Source of the DNA: Mobula hypostoma | Lineage: Eukaryota | Length of the DNA stretch: 64,000 nt | Reading direction: 5' to 3' | NCBI RefSeq assembly: GCF_963921235.1 | Contig: NC_086118.1 | Location: 17,362,001-17,426,000, forward strand | Shown: positions 12,254 through 23,831 of the stretch, piece by piece | How the letters are laid out: every line of letters starts with the position of its first letter | Numbering within the stretch: the first letter of the stretch is position 1 | Program-made: the position numbers and the translations under genes | The notes under the pieces: generated by a model | Told to the model about the DNA's origin: nothing | The model's input: the letters and a program-made list of their open reading frames with translations, nothing else | The model's database searches: none

Positions 12254-14745
12254 TTAGCAGAAGTTAGAGAAGTCGATGTTCATGCCATCAGGTTGGAGGC
12301 TACCCAGACGGAATATAAGGTGTTGTTCCTCCAACCTGAGTGTGGCTTCATCTTTACAGTAGAGGAGGCCGTGGATAGACATGTCAGAATGGGAATGGGA
12401 TGTGGAATTAAAATGTGTGGCCACTGGGAGATCCTGCTTTCTCTGGCGGACAGAGCGTAGATGTTCAGCAAAGCGGTCTCCCAGTCTGCGACGGGTCTCG
12501 CCAATATATAAAAGGCCACATCGGGAGCACCGGACGCAGTATATCACCCCAGTCGACTCACAGGTGAAGTGATGCCTCACCTAGAAGGACTGTTTGGGGC
12601 CCTGAGTGGTGGTAAGGGAGGAAGTGTAAGGGCATGTGTAGCACTTGTTCCGCTTACACGGATAAGTGCCAGGAGGGAGATCAGTGGGGAGGGATGGGGG
12701 GGACGAATGGACAAGGGAGTTGTGTAGGGAGCGATCCCTTCGGAATGCAGAGAGAGGGGGGGAGGGAAAGTTGTGCTTAGTGGTGGGATCCCATTGGAGG
12801 TGGCAGAAGTTACGGAGAATAATATGTTGGACCCGGAGGCTGGTGGGGTGGTAGGTGAGGACCAGGGGAACCCTATTCCTAGTGGGGTGGTGGGAGGATG
12901 GAGTGAGAGCAGATGTACATGAAATGGGTAGCTGCGTTTAAGAGCAGAGTTGATAGTAGAGGAAGGGAAGCCCCTTTCTTTAAAAAAGGAAGACATCTCC
13001 CTTGTCCCAGAATGAAAAGCCTCATCCTGAGAGCAGATGCGGTGGAGACGGAGGAATTGCGAGAAGGGGATGGCGTTTTTGCAAGAGACAGGGTGAGAAG
13101 AGGAATAGTCCAGATAGCTGTGAGTAGGCTTATAGTAGACATCAGTGGATAAGCTGTCTCCAGAGACAGAGACAGAAAGATCTAGAAAGGGGAGGGAGGT
13201 GTCGGAAATGGACCAGGTAAACTTGAGGGCAGGGTGAAAGTTGGAGGCAAAGTTAATAAAGTCAACGAGTTCTGCATGCGTGCAGGAAGCAGCGCCAATG
13301 CAGTCGTCGATGTAGCGAAGAAAAAGTGGGGGACAGATACCAGAATAGGCACGGAACATAGACTGTTCCACAAACCCAACAAAAAGGCAAGCATAGCTAG
13401 GACCCATACGGGTGCCCATAGCTACACCTTTAGTTTGGAGGAAATGGGAGGAGCCAAAGGAGAAATTATTAAGAGTAAGGACTAATTCCGCTAGACGGAG
13501 CAGAGTGGTGGTAGAGGGGAACTGATTAGGTCTGGAATCCAAAAAGAAGCGTAGAGCTTTGAGACCTTCCTGATGGGGGATGGGAGTATATAAGGACTGG
13601 ACATCCATGGTGAAAATAAAGTGTGGGGGCCAGGGAAATTAAAATCATCGAAAAGTTTAAGAGCGTGAGAAGTGTCACGAACATAGGTCGGAAGGGATTG
13701 AACAAGGGGTGATAAAACAGTGTCGAGGTATGCAGAAACGAGTTCAGTGGGGCAGGAGCAAGCTGAGACAATAGGTCGGCCAGGACAGGCAGGTTTGTGG
13801 ATCTTGGGTAGGAGGTAGAAACGGGAAGTGCGGGGTGTGGGAACTATAAGGTTGGTAGCAGTGGATGGGAGATCCCCTGAGCGGATAAAGTCGGTGATAG
13901 TGTGGGAGACAATGGCCTGGTGCTCCTTAGTGGGGTCACGATCGAGGGGTAAATAAGAGGAGGTATCCGCGAGTTGTCGCTGTGCCTCGGCAAGGTAGAG
14001 GTCAGTATGCCAGACTACAACAGCACCCCCTTTATCGGCGGGTTTAATAATAAGGTTAGGATTAGTGCGGAGGGAGTGGAGAGCACAGCGTTCCGAAGGA
14101 GTGAGGTTGGAATGGGGACAAGGTGCGGTGAAGTCGAGACGGTTGATGTCCTGTCGGCAGTTAGCAATAAAGAGATCCAGAGCAGGCAGAAGACCAGAGC
14201 GGGGTGTCCATGAAGAAGAGGAGGGTTGAAGACGGGAGAAGGGGTCATCGGTGGGGGTGGAAGAGTCCTTGCCGAAGAAGTAGGCTCGGAGACGGAGACA
14301 GCGGAAGAAAAGTTCTGCATCGTGGCGAACACGGAACTCGCTGAGGTGTGGGCGAAGGGGAACAAACGTGAGGCCCTTACTGAGAACAGAGCGTTCTGCC
14401 TCCGACAGTTGAAGGTCGGAGGGGATGGTAAAGACCCGGCACGGATGAGAGCTGGGATCAGAAGGGGGAGGGGGGAGGCTGGTGGTGTCAGTGGAGAGGG
14501 GAGGGTTGGGGTGAGAGGGAGATGGAGCTTCTGAGGGCCCAGGAGTTGACGGTGGGATCTGAGGAAGACGGGGCTGCGGAGTGGTGGTGGGGGAAGGGGA
14601 GACGGGAGTCACAACAGCAGCACATAAAGACCCGGCCTGGAGCTCAAGGCTGGAATCTTGAGAGCTGGGATCAGAGGGGGGAGGGGGGAGGCTGGTGGTG
14701 TCAGTGGAGAGGGGAGGGTTGGGGTGAGAGGAAGGTGGAGCCTCT
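12254..14745 (-). pseudogene. PLE ORF, left arm, 5'-truncated (Pro/Ser region, RT, Cys linker, GIY-YIG endonuclease)
   Basis: ORFs 13491-14612, 12577-13608 and 12254-12580 join across 1-nt deletions near 13622 and 12930. GIY-YIG intact: VIYCVRCSRCGLLYIGETRRRLGDRFAEH. Confidence 0.9.
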
Positions 14746-14752
14746 TCCGGTG

Positions 14753-17700
14753 ATGCCTACACCGAAGAAATTTAGATCCTCTCTTCGACGGCAGTTCAGT
14801 GAAATCATCTCTCACTGCTCCCCATCTGTAATTTCTTCGGCTCTTCAACTTTTCGACCACACTTTGACTCAGACTCGCTATCACAGCCATGTATCCTTTC
14901 TTGGAACGTGCCTCCGTCACCAACTGACTCCAGTTGGCTTTAGGATTCGTTTCCAAGCCTCTCAATTTGGACCTTCTGAGGATCCCAGGTACTCACATTT
15001 TATTGACTCTGCCTCTCGCCGCTTCTCCCGTCAAGCTCTGAAGGCGATGCTCTCCGTCATGAGGAGGTACTTGGTGTCCCTATCCCAGACCCTTCCACAT
15101 CTTCGGGACACTTTCTTCGCCGTCTGTAATGGTCCTACCCGTTATTTCATCCTCCGTCGGATTCACACCTGCAATCGCCGTTTTTTTGACTTTGTCATGT
15201 TAGGCAAAGATCGCAAGATCCTACATCTACGGGCTCCAGAGCCTGCTGGCCCCAGCGCTAGCAGGCATGAACTTCAGATTGCGGCCCTTGCCATTGATCT
15301 TGGCGGCTCCAACACCTCGGGGCATATTCAAAACCCGGACTCCAGCAACGACTATGGACATCTTCACAGTGATTGCGCAACCACCAACTACAACTCCAGC
15401 CTTGAACACCAGGCCGGGTCTTTATGTGCTGCTATTGTGACTCCCGTCTCCCCTTCCCCCACCAATACTCTGCAATCCCGTCTCCTTCAGATCTCATCGT
15501 CAGCTCCTGGGTACTCAGAGGCTCCATCTTCCTCTCACCCCAACCCTCCCCCCTCCACGAACACCACCAGCCTCCCCTCTCTCCCCTCTGATCCCAGCTC
15601 TCAAGATTCCAGCCTTGAACTCCAGGCCGGGTCTTTATGTGCTGCTGTTGTGACTCCCGTCTCCCCTTCCCCCACCACCACTCCGCAGCCCCGTCTTCCT
15701 CAGATCCCACCGTCAACTCCTGGGCCCTCAGAGGCTCCATCTTCCTCTCACCCCAACCCTCCCCTCTCCACTGACACCACCAGCCTTCCCCCTCCCCCCT
15801 CTGATCCCAGCTCTCATCCGTGCCGGGTCTTTACCATCCCCTCCGACCTTCAACTGTCGGAGGCAGAACGCTCTGTTCTCAGTAAGGGCCTCACGTTTGT
15901 TCCCCTTCGCCCACACCTCAGTGAGTTCCGTGTTCACCACGATGCGGAACTTTTCTTCCGCCATCTCTGTCTCCGAGCCTACTTCTTCGGCAAGGACTCT
16001 TCCACCCCTACCGATGACCCCTTCTCCCATCTTCAACGCTCCTCTTCTTCATGGACACCCCGCTCTGGTCTTCTGCCTGCTCTGGATCTCTTTATTGCTA
16101 ACTGCCGACGGGACATCAACTGTCTCGACTTCACCGCACCTTGTCCCCATTCCAACCTCACTCCTTCGGAACGCTCTGCTCTCCACTCCCTCCACACTAA
16201 TCCTAACCTTATTATTAAACCCGCTGATAAGGGGGGTGCTGTTGTAGTCTGGCGTACTGACCTCTACCTTGCCAAGGCACAGCGACAACTCGCGGATACC
16301 TCCTCTTATTTACCCCTCGATCGTGACCCCACTAAGGAGCACCAGGCCATTGTCTCCCACACCATCACCGACTTTATCCGCTCAGGGGATCTCACATCCA
16401 CTGCTACCAACCTTATAGTTCCCACACCCCGCACTTCCCGTTTCTACCTCCTACCAAGATCCACAAACCTGCCTGTCCTGGCCGACCTACTGTCTCAGCT
16501 TGCTCCTGCCCCACCGAACTCATTTCTGCATACCTCGACACTGTTTTATCACCCCTTGTTCAATCCCTTCCGACCTATGTTCGTGACACTTCTCACGCTC
16601 TTAAACTTTTCGATGATTTTAAGTTCCCTGGCCCCCACCACTTTATTTTCACCATGGATGTCCAATCCTTATATACTTCCATCCCCCATCAGGAAGGTCT
16701 CAAAGCTCTACGCTTCTTTTTGGATTCCAGACCTAATCAGTTCCCCTCTACCACCACTCTGCTCCGTCTAGCGGAATTAGTCCTTACTCTTAATAATTTC
16801 TCCTTTGGCTCCTCCCACTTCCTCCAAACTAAAGGTGTAGCTATGGGCACCCGTATGGGTCCTAGCTATGCCTGCCTTTTTGTTGGGTTTGTGGAACAGT
16901 CTATGTTCCGTGCCTATTCTGGTATCTGTCACCCACTTTTCCTTCGCTACATCGACGACTGCATTGGCGCTGCTTCCTGCACGCATGCAGAACTCGTTGA
17001 CTTTATTAACTTTGCCTCCAACTTTAACCCTGCCCTCAAGTTTACCTGTTCCATTTCCGACACCTCCCTCCCCTTTCTAGATCTTTCTGTCTCTGTCTCT
17101 GGAGACAGCTTATCCACTGATGTCTACTATAAGCCTACTGACTCTCACAGCTATCTGGACTATTCCTCTTCTCACCTTGTCTCTTGCAAAAACGCCATCC
17201 CCTTCTCGCAATTCCTCCGTCTCCACCGCATCTGCTCTCAGGATGAGGCTTTTCATTCTAGGACGAGGAAGATGTCTTCCTTTTTTAAAGAAAGGGGCTT
17301 CCCTCCCTCCACTATCAACTCTGCTCTTAAACGCATCTCCCCCATTTCACGTACATCTGCTCTCACTCCATCCTCCCACCACCCCACTAGGAATAGGGTT
17401 CCCCTGGTCCTCAGCTACCACCCCACCAGCCTCCGGGTCCAACATATTATTCTCCGTAACTTCTGCCACCTCCAACGGGATCCCACCACTAAGCACATCT
17501 TTCCCTCCCCCCATCTCTCTGCATTCCGCAGGGATCGCTCCCTACACAACTCCCTTGTCCATTCGACCCCCCATCCCTCCCCACTGATCTCCCTCCTGGC
17601 ACTTATCCGTGTAAGCGGAACAAGTGCTACACATGCCCTTATACTTCCTCCCTTACCACCATTCAGGGCCCCAAACAGTCCTTCCAGGTGAGGCATCACT

Positions 17701-18013
17701 TCACCTGTGAGTCGACTGGGGTGATATACTGTGTCCGGTGCTCCTGATGTGGCCTTTTATATATTGGCGAGACCCAACGCAGACTGGGAGACCACTTGCT
17801 GAACATCTGCGCTCTGTCCGCCAGAGAAAGCATGATCTCCCAGTGGCCACACATTTTAATTCCACATCCCATTCCTATTCTGACATGTCTATCCACGGCC
17901 TCCTCTACTGTAAAGATGAAGCCACACTCAGGTTGGAGGAACAACACCTTATATTCCGTCTGGGTAGCCTCCAACCTGATGGCATGAACATCGACTTCTC
18001 TAACTTCCGCTAA
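14753..18013 (+). pseudogene. PLE ORF, right arm, apparently full length from ATG 14753 (MPTPKKFRS...) to TAA 18013, disrupted
   Basis: Frameshifts near 16455, 17570 and 17795 and a TGA near 17745, identified by comparison with the left arm. RT motifs, CKRNKCYTC linker and GIY-YIG are present. Confidence 0.9.
15395..15815 (+). repeat. In-frame 213-bp (71 aa) Pro/Ser/Thr-rich tandem duplication in the PLE ORF
   Basis: tccagccttgaac begins at 15395 and 15608; SSLE(H/L)QAGSLCAA(I/V)VTPVSPSPT... occurs twice. Confidence 0.95.
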
Positions 18014-18306
18014 GGCCCCACCTCCCCCTTGTACCCCATCTGTCACTCATTTTTATGCACACATTCTTTCTCTCACTCTCCTTTTTCTCCCTCTGTCCCT
18101 CTGAATATACCTCTTGCCCATCCTCTGGGTCCCCCCCCCCCGTCTTTCTTCCCGGACTTCCTGTCCCATGATCCTCTCGTATCCCCTTTTGCCTATCACC
18201 TGTCCAGCTCTCAGCTCTATCCCTCCCCCTCCTGTCTTCTCCTATCATTTTGCATCTCCCCCTCCCCCTCCAACTTTCAAATCCCTTACTCACTCTTCCT
18301 TCAGTT

Positions 18307-18342
18307 AGTCCTGACGAAGGGTCTCGGCCTGAAACGTCGACT
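18307..18342 (+). ncRNA. Minimal type I hammerhead ribozyme motif in PLE 3' UTR (right arm); predicted cleavage after C18338
   Basis: AGUC-CUGACGA-AGG-GUCUCGG-CCU-GAAA-CG-UC-GACU: stem I AGUC/GACU, stem II AGG/CCU, palindromic ACGU at helix III. Confidence 0.8.
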
Positions 18343-18404
18343 GCACCTCTTCCTACAGATTCAGCCTGGCCTGCTGCGTTCACCAGCAACTTTGATGTAT
18401 GTTG

Positions 18405-19140
18405 CTATGTAAGAATGCTGTTTGTGGACTACAGCTCAGCTTTTAATACAGTCATCCCCTACAAACTTGTGCAGAAATTGAGCAACCTGGGCCTTGACAG
18501 TTCACTGTGCTCATGGATACTGGATTTTCCGAGAAACAGACCCCAAAGTGTCAGGATGGGAGAACACACATCATCTACTCTCATCCTGAACACCGGTACA
18601 CCACAGGGGTGTGTTCTCAGCCCCATCCTTTATTCTCTTTTCACCCATGACTGCTCTACCATTCACTCCACCAACACCATCGTCAAATTTGCTGACGGTA
18701 CCACCCTAATGGGTATCATATCAGACTGTGATGAGACAGCCTATAGGGAGGAGGTACAGCATTTGACAGAATGGTGTTGTCATAATAACCTGGACTTGAA
18801 CATCACAAAAACCAAGGAGCTGATAGTAGACTTCAGGAAATCAAAGCACGTCGAGCACTCTGCTCTGCACATATACGGGAAAGAGGTGGAGAGAGTAGAG
18901 AGTTTCAAGTTCCTCGGCGTCCACATCTCGGCTGACCTCACCTGGACTGCCCATATCTCTTATCAGGTGAGGAAGGCCCAACAGAGGCTCTACTTCCTAA
19001 GGAAGCTAAAGCACGCTCTCCTCCCTCATCACCTGCTGATCAACTTCTATCGGACAACTATAGAGAGCCTCCTGACGTATTGCTGTGCAGTGTGGTTTGC
19101 CAGCTGCACAGAACAGAACAGGAAGGACTCGCAGCGGGTC
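18405..19140 (+). mobile_element. Rex1/Babar-type LINE RT, downstream part (3'-truncated)
   Basis: [41 protein letters not shown] continue the ORF broken at 11828. Confidence 0.9.
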
Positions 19141-19230
19141 CTCTTTTCATAAATGCGACCTGACCTGCTGAGGTCTCCAACATTTTCTATTTTTATTGCA
19201 GATTTCCAGCATCTCCAGCATTTTTAATCT
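19141..19230 (+). mobile_element. Old PLE-type 3' tail fragment
   Basis: cctgacctgctgag...gatttccagcatct resembles the PLE terminal sequence. Confidence 0.5.
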
Positions 19231-22180
19231 CCACTAAATATCCTGAGATTCATCTCTGTCCTTGAGGTATCTGCTCTATTGAAATAAATGGAGTCATTTT
19301 ACCTGTGAGCAGGCCAATTTCAGAGTATAACTGCAATGGAAATTACCTTTGAGCTACTGGATGCTGTGAGGAGTCTACTTTTGGGACACAAGGTGGTTCA
19401 GGATTTCCACATTTACCCATGCTTGAACTGGAATCCAAGAAATCTTGCTGATAATGATGTAAATGTTGGAAGTTCAGTATTCAATTGTCAATGTGTCTCA
19501 TGAAAATTTGGGTAGAGAGGAATTTATTGTTTAATTGAAAGTGCAGTTCTGGAGATATGTAAATTAGCTAGCTGTTGCAGATCTGAGCTAAGCTGATAAA
19601 GATGACCAGTTTAAATCTTGATCTGCTTTAATTGAAGTTATACAAACCACAACAAAAGTTAAGATATCTTCTGCTGAAAAGTTGTTGGCTAATATTTGGG
19701 CCAAAAATTTAATTTTTGTTCAAATGAACTAAATTTTCATTTTTGTGGTTTCTGTGCATTTCTGAGAATTAGAACAGAATTATTCAGGTTTCACATAAAC
19801 AACAGAAGATATTTATCCCTTTAGCTCTGTATCATTCTTTGCAGAAGCTGCCTGCCTTGCTAATTTCCAGCATTTACAGGAGACAGTGTGTTGGCAGAGG
19901 AAAAGCGAAATCAGTCTGTCCTCAACCTCAGACACCTCCTGTGAAGAGGAGATGGGTGCAAGACAAAACTAATCTAAGCCCTGAACTAAGAATTAGACCT
20001 ACAGTGATATACTGTTTTGGTAGTGCTAATGTTTTGCACCTCGAAGTGTCCATTATTAAGATAAGGGTAACAAACATTAGACCATATCTGACTACGTTGT
20101 GCTGCATCACAAAATAGCAAAGACATAGCAATTTATTTGTTGGTAGTAATCCTGTTTCCTATCAAGAGTCTGGTGCATCCCAAAGCTGCTCATAGGCAAT
20201 GAAGTAATTTTTGAGTATAATCCTTTTTATAGGAAACATAGCAGCATGTTAATGTATGTTAAGGTTCCAAAATTGGCCAGAAGTTGAACAGGATAATTTT
20301 GTAATGTAGCTTTAGGGTGAAATGTTGGCCAAGTGTTAGAGAGATTTCTTCAGACGTTCAGAAAGGCAGAAAGAATCCTTTACATCTCGCTGAAAAGGTG
20401 ACAGAGCCTTTTTAAAAATATCATGTCAATTATAACACCTCCACCAGTTCCCACTCTCTTAGTACTGGGGCATCAGTGTACTTTATATGCTCAAAGCTTA
20501 TAAGAAAAACTGGAAAGTAAGCAGTGCTGTCATCTTGAATTCATCAGCTCTAATGATGAAGGAGATACAATTGGGTTAGTAAATTAACTTCTTATTCCTC
20601 TGTGGTTTTCACATTCACAGCCATATTTAAGCATTGCTGTGCTACAACAAAAAAAACTTAATTTGCAGGATTCTGAAAACATCTGTAATATACTGTAGGT
20701 GTTTCCCTGATGACTTGATGGAACAGGACTTGTCCAGGTATTGAAAAGCATAGAGCACTAACAGTATCGGGTCTGTCCTTATCATCTGATAATTCAGTGA
20801 AGTTGTTACCATATAGTCATAGCAATAGTATGACCGAGACAGGATGGGCAAGCGTCCTGCTCCTGGTTACAATTCAGTCATCATCCGCAGGAAAATGGGC
20901 CTGGTACACTACTGGGTCTGAGCCTGGTTGCAGCATTCCCCAGGAACCAAACACTAGCCAATTATCTATTATGCTCAAGGCAAAGCATGATTATTAGGAG
21001 AGATGAGGGAGGACAGCAGTAGCCACAGGACTGACTTGGCTATCTTCAAGAGGAAGAAATTAAATAGTTAATAAGAGATAAAGCAGAAGTGAGAATATTT
21101 TAATAACCATAAAATTGTTATTTTGATCTGTATGATTTTGATCTCGTTATCGAACATTTAAGTTGTCCGCAGTACCCAGCAGACTGCTGGACTGTTGTTC
21201 TCAAATAACATAAGGGGCAATCAGTGCATTGAGAGTCAAGATGAAAGATCACAGGAGGTTTTATTTTAAGTTTATTTCCTGAAATACTTTTCCTGAGCTT
21301 TTAAAATGTCATCTGCCTGAGTGTGGTTTGTTTTAATTAAGTAATCAAAACTGCAGCTAGTTGCTGCATAATATACATCCAGTAAATGATCTCATAGTTA
21401 TGGCTATCTTTAAGAAAAATAACACTTTTATGTCTAATAATTATATGCATTAACTTCTGTGTTCAAGACAGAGAGCAGATGGCTGTGGCTAGGATAAGTA
21501 TCTCCCCTATGTTGCATATTTTAGTTCTCAAAATCCTAGCTTCCTGTCTTAAACCACCTGATAGATGACCTTAAATATGTGATCAAAGAGTTTACATCCT
21601 GTATTTTATTACATAGCTTCAAGTGGTCCTTCGCTCAACCATTCTGATAAAAAGCTTACAGTTATCCAGTTCACAATATGCCCAATGGACAATTGAATCA
21701 AGATTATTTTTGTTTGGAACACCTCAATAAATGTCTTACAGATAACTGAATGTGCTGCAAATTCATGAATAAAATACGTAAGTATTTAATAAAATTCTTT
21801 GCAAGCCATTCCCCACAAATGAAATGTTTAATGGGATATTCCATATTATGTCATTTTGCAGGCCTGCTGGTTTGCTGTTTGTGCACGACATCTAGTGTCA
21901 ACCATCTCATGTTCTATGACTCCAATCATTTCACAAGGTGAAGAAAATCTGCCAGTTTCACTTATTTTATTTGGTAGTTTTCTTGAATTTATCTGCTGCA
22001 AAGTCTTGATGTATCACTACTGTGCCAAATATGGTGGGATCACATTAACAATGCACAGAGTATTAAAATCTTATGTAGGTAGCTGGGCAAGACCCTCTGG
22101 ACTTTACTTTTTTACGAGTAGGTAAAATTGAGTTTCATAGGCTGCGCTTGATTTTTCCAATTTTTATCAGTAAAGCAGTT

Positions 22181-22712
22181 TACCTCTTGCACCTAACAAA
22201 GTGGCCACCAAGTATATGCTTGAGGTCTTCTGCTGTTATAGTCCAATTATCTCAAGGTTCGGCGTATTGTGTGTTCAGAGATGCTGTTCTGCACATCACT
22301 GTTGTCACGTGTGATTAAATTGCTGCTGCCCTTTCTGTCAGCTTGAACCGGAGTGGCCATTCTCCCTGACCTCTCTCATTAATAAGGCACTTTTACCCAC
22401 AGAACTGCTGCTCATTGGATGATTTTTTTTTTGTTTCTTGCATCATTCTATGTAAACTCTAGAGGCTGTGAAAATCCAAGGAGATCAGCAATTTCTGAGA
22501 TACTCAAACCACCCCATATGGCGCCAACAATTATTCCATGGTTAAAGTCACTTAGATCACATTTCTTTTCCGTCCTGCTGTTTGGTCTGAACAACATCTG
22601 AACCTCTTGACCATGTCTGCATGCCTTTAGCTGCTGCCACATGACTGGCTGATTAGATTTTTGCGTTCATGAGCAGGTGTGCAGGTGTACCTTAAAAAAA
22701 GCCACAGTGTAT
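22181..22712 (-). mobile_element. Tc1-like internally deleted transposon keeping the transposase N-terminal HTH
   Basis: ORF 22448-22642 contains KKCDLSDFNHGIIVGA..GGLSISEIADLLGFS; TIR-like acctaacaaagtggccac (~22191) and gtaccttaaaaaaagccacagtgta (~22688-22711). Confidence 0.75.
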
Positions 22713-23654
22713 ACATACTTTGAACTTTGAACTTTTAAACTTGGAACTCTGTGTTTGCAAAATGGCTGTGCTTAGGTGAATTTCTCCCAAGTACTGATCC
22801 AATGCGATAATGTGTAAGATGTCAAAAAGAAATAGTTCTTCATATAGAAAATAGTTAATGATCACGGGAGAAAAAACTTTATTGGCGGAGATAACTGCAA
22901 TTGTGGAAAATCCAAGGCAAAAGATAAAATGCTGGAAGCCAGACAGTATTGCGTGCTAATTTGACAAATGTGATCTCTCCATCACAGACATTGTCTGTGT
23001 TCTTTCCACCTCCCACTCTCTGCAATTTAAAGCACGATTCTTCTATTTTGTCAGTCCCGACCAAGTATCCCTGAACAGAAACACTGGCTCTTTTTCTCTC
23101 TGCAACAATGATCCTGTGTTGTTTGCAGCACCTCTATTCATGAAACCTAGATTTCCTAAATTTACACAACTTTATCAACATCTTTTTAAAAATGTTATTT
23201 AGACAAGGGTATGAGTCAGAACTCCTTCCATTTTTTAATACTTTCCTTGCCTCATAAATGTGTCACCCATGTTGCTCCACATTAAATTTCATCTGCTATC
23301 AATCTGCACAATCTATTAATTTATTTTTATCCTTCTGAAGTAATTCTTTGTTTAGTGATTATAAAAACCTCTCCTTATTGAGACATGCTCTTCAGTTTGG
23401 TTATCTTTGAATACTTTTGTATGACATCAGAATTTATCAATCCAAAAAGAGAAGTGTGCAGAATTATAATTTTTTGACCTGAGGTCGTTGACATTTTATG
23501 TTGAGTTCTGACAAGTCTGGAATATTCTAATACCACAGAATTTTCTGCCTGGCACAATTAATGATGTATATTATTACTCTGATCATTTTGCTTCTGGCCT
23601 TGTAATTGTGAACATGCTTCAAAACTCCCTGTAAAGACAGCTAAAATACAGTGA

Positions 23655-23831
23655 CACACTCAAAATGCTGGAGGAACTCAGGAGGTCAGGCAGCATCTAT
23701 GGAAGTGAATAAACAGTTGATGTTTCAGGCCAAAATCCTTCTCCAGGACTGTCTGCCTGATGCTGCCTGACCTGCTGAGTCCCTCCAGTATTTTTGTGGG
23801 TTGCTATGGACTTCCAGCATCTGCATGTTTA
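23655..23831. mobile_element. PLE-derived mini fold-back element with 13-bp TSD
   Basis: Inverted arms; degenerate minus-strand hammerhead at 23714-23751; TSD taaaatacagtga (23642-23654) / taaaatatagcga (23832-23844). Confidence 0.75.

Larger units (their letters stand above)
11829..18404. mobile_element. Penelope-like element (Neptune-type), composite head-to-head inverted insertion with 15-bp TSD
   Basis: TSD ctatgtaagaatgct at 11814-11828 and 18405-18419. Minus arm 11829-14745 and plus arm 14746-18404 both encode PLE RT (YLLPKIHK, GRPIVS, MDVQSLY, GVAMG, LRYIDD) and GIY-YIG. Confidence 0.95.

Noticed and set aside
14522..16771. 749-aa ORF as an intact novel gene
   Set aside because: The first 77 codons are the antisense of the left arm read through the inversion junction, and the end is out of frame after the deletion at ~16455. 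It is a disrupted PLE ORF.
11829..18404. DNA transposon with long TIRs, or an assembly artefact
   Set aside because: The arms encode RT and GIY-YIG rather than a transposase, have unequal ends, and carry independent mutations inside one perfect TSD.
18250..19152. 300-aa ORF as a PLE-LINE fusion protein
   Set aside because: Chance read-through from the PLE 3' UTR into the Rex1 RT across the TSD. The Rex1 catalytic motif is also mutated (FADG).
21742..21777. 36-nt segment between cag and gtaagt
   Set aside because: Stop codons in all three frames and no other support.
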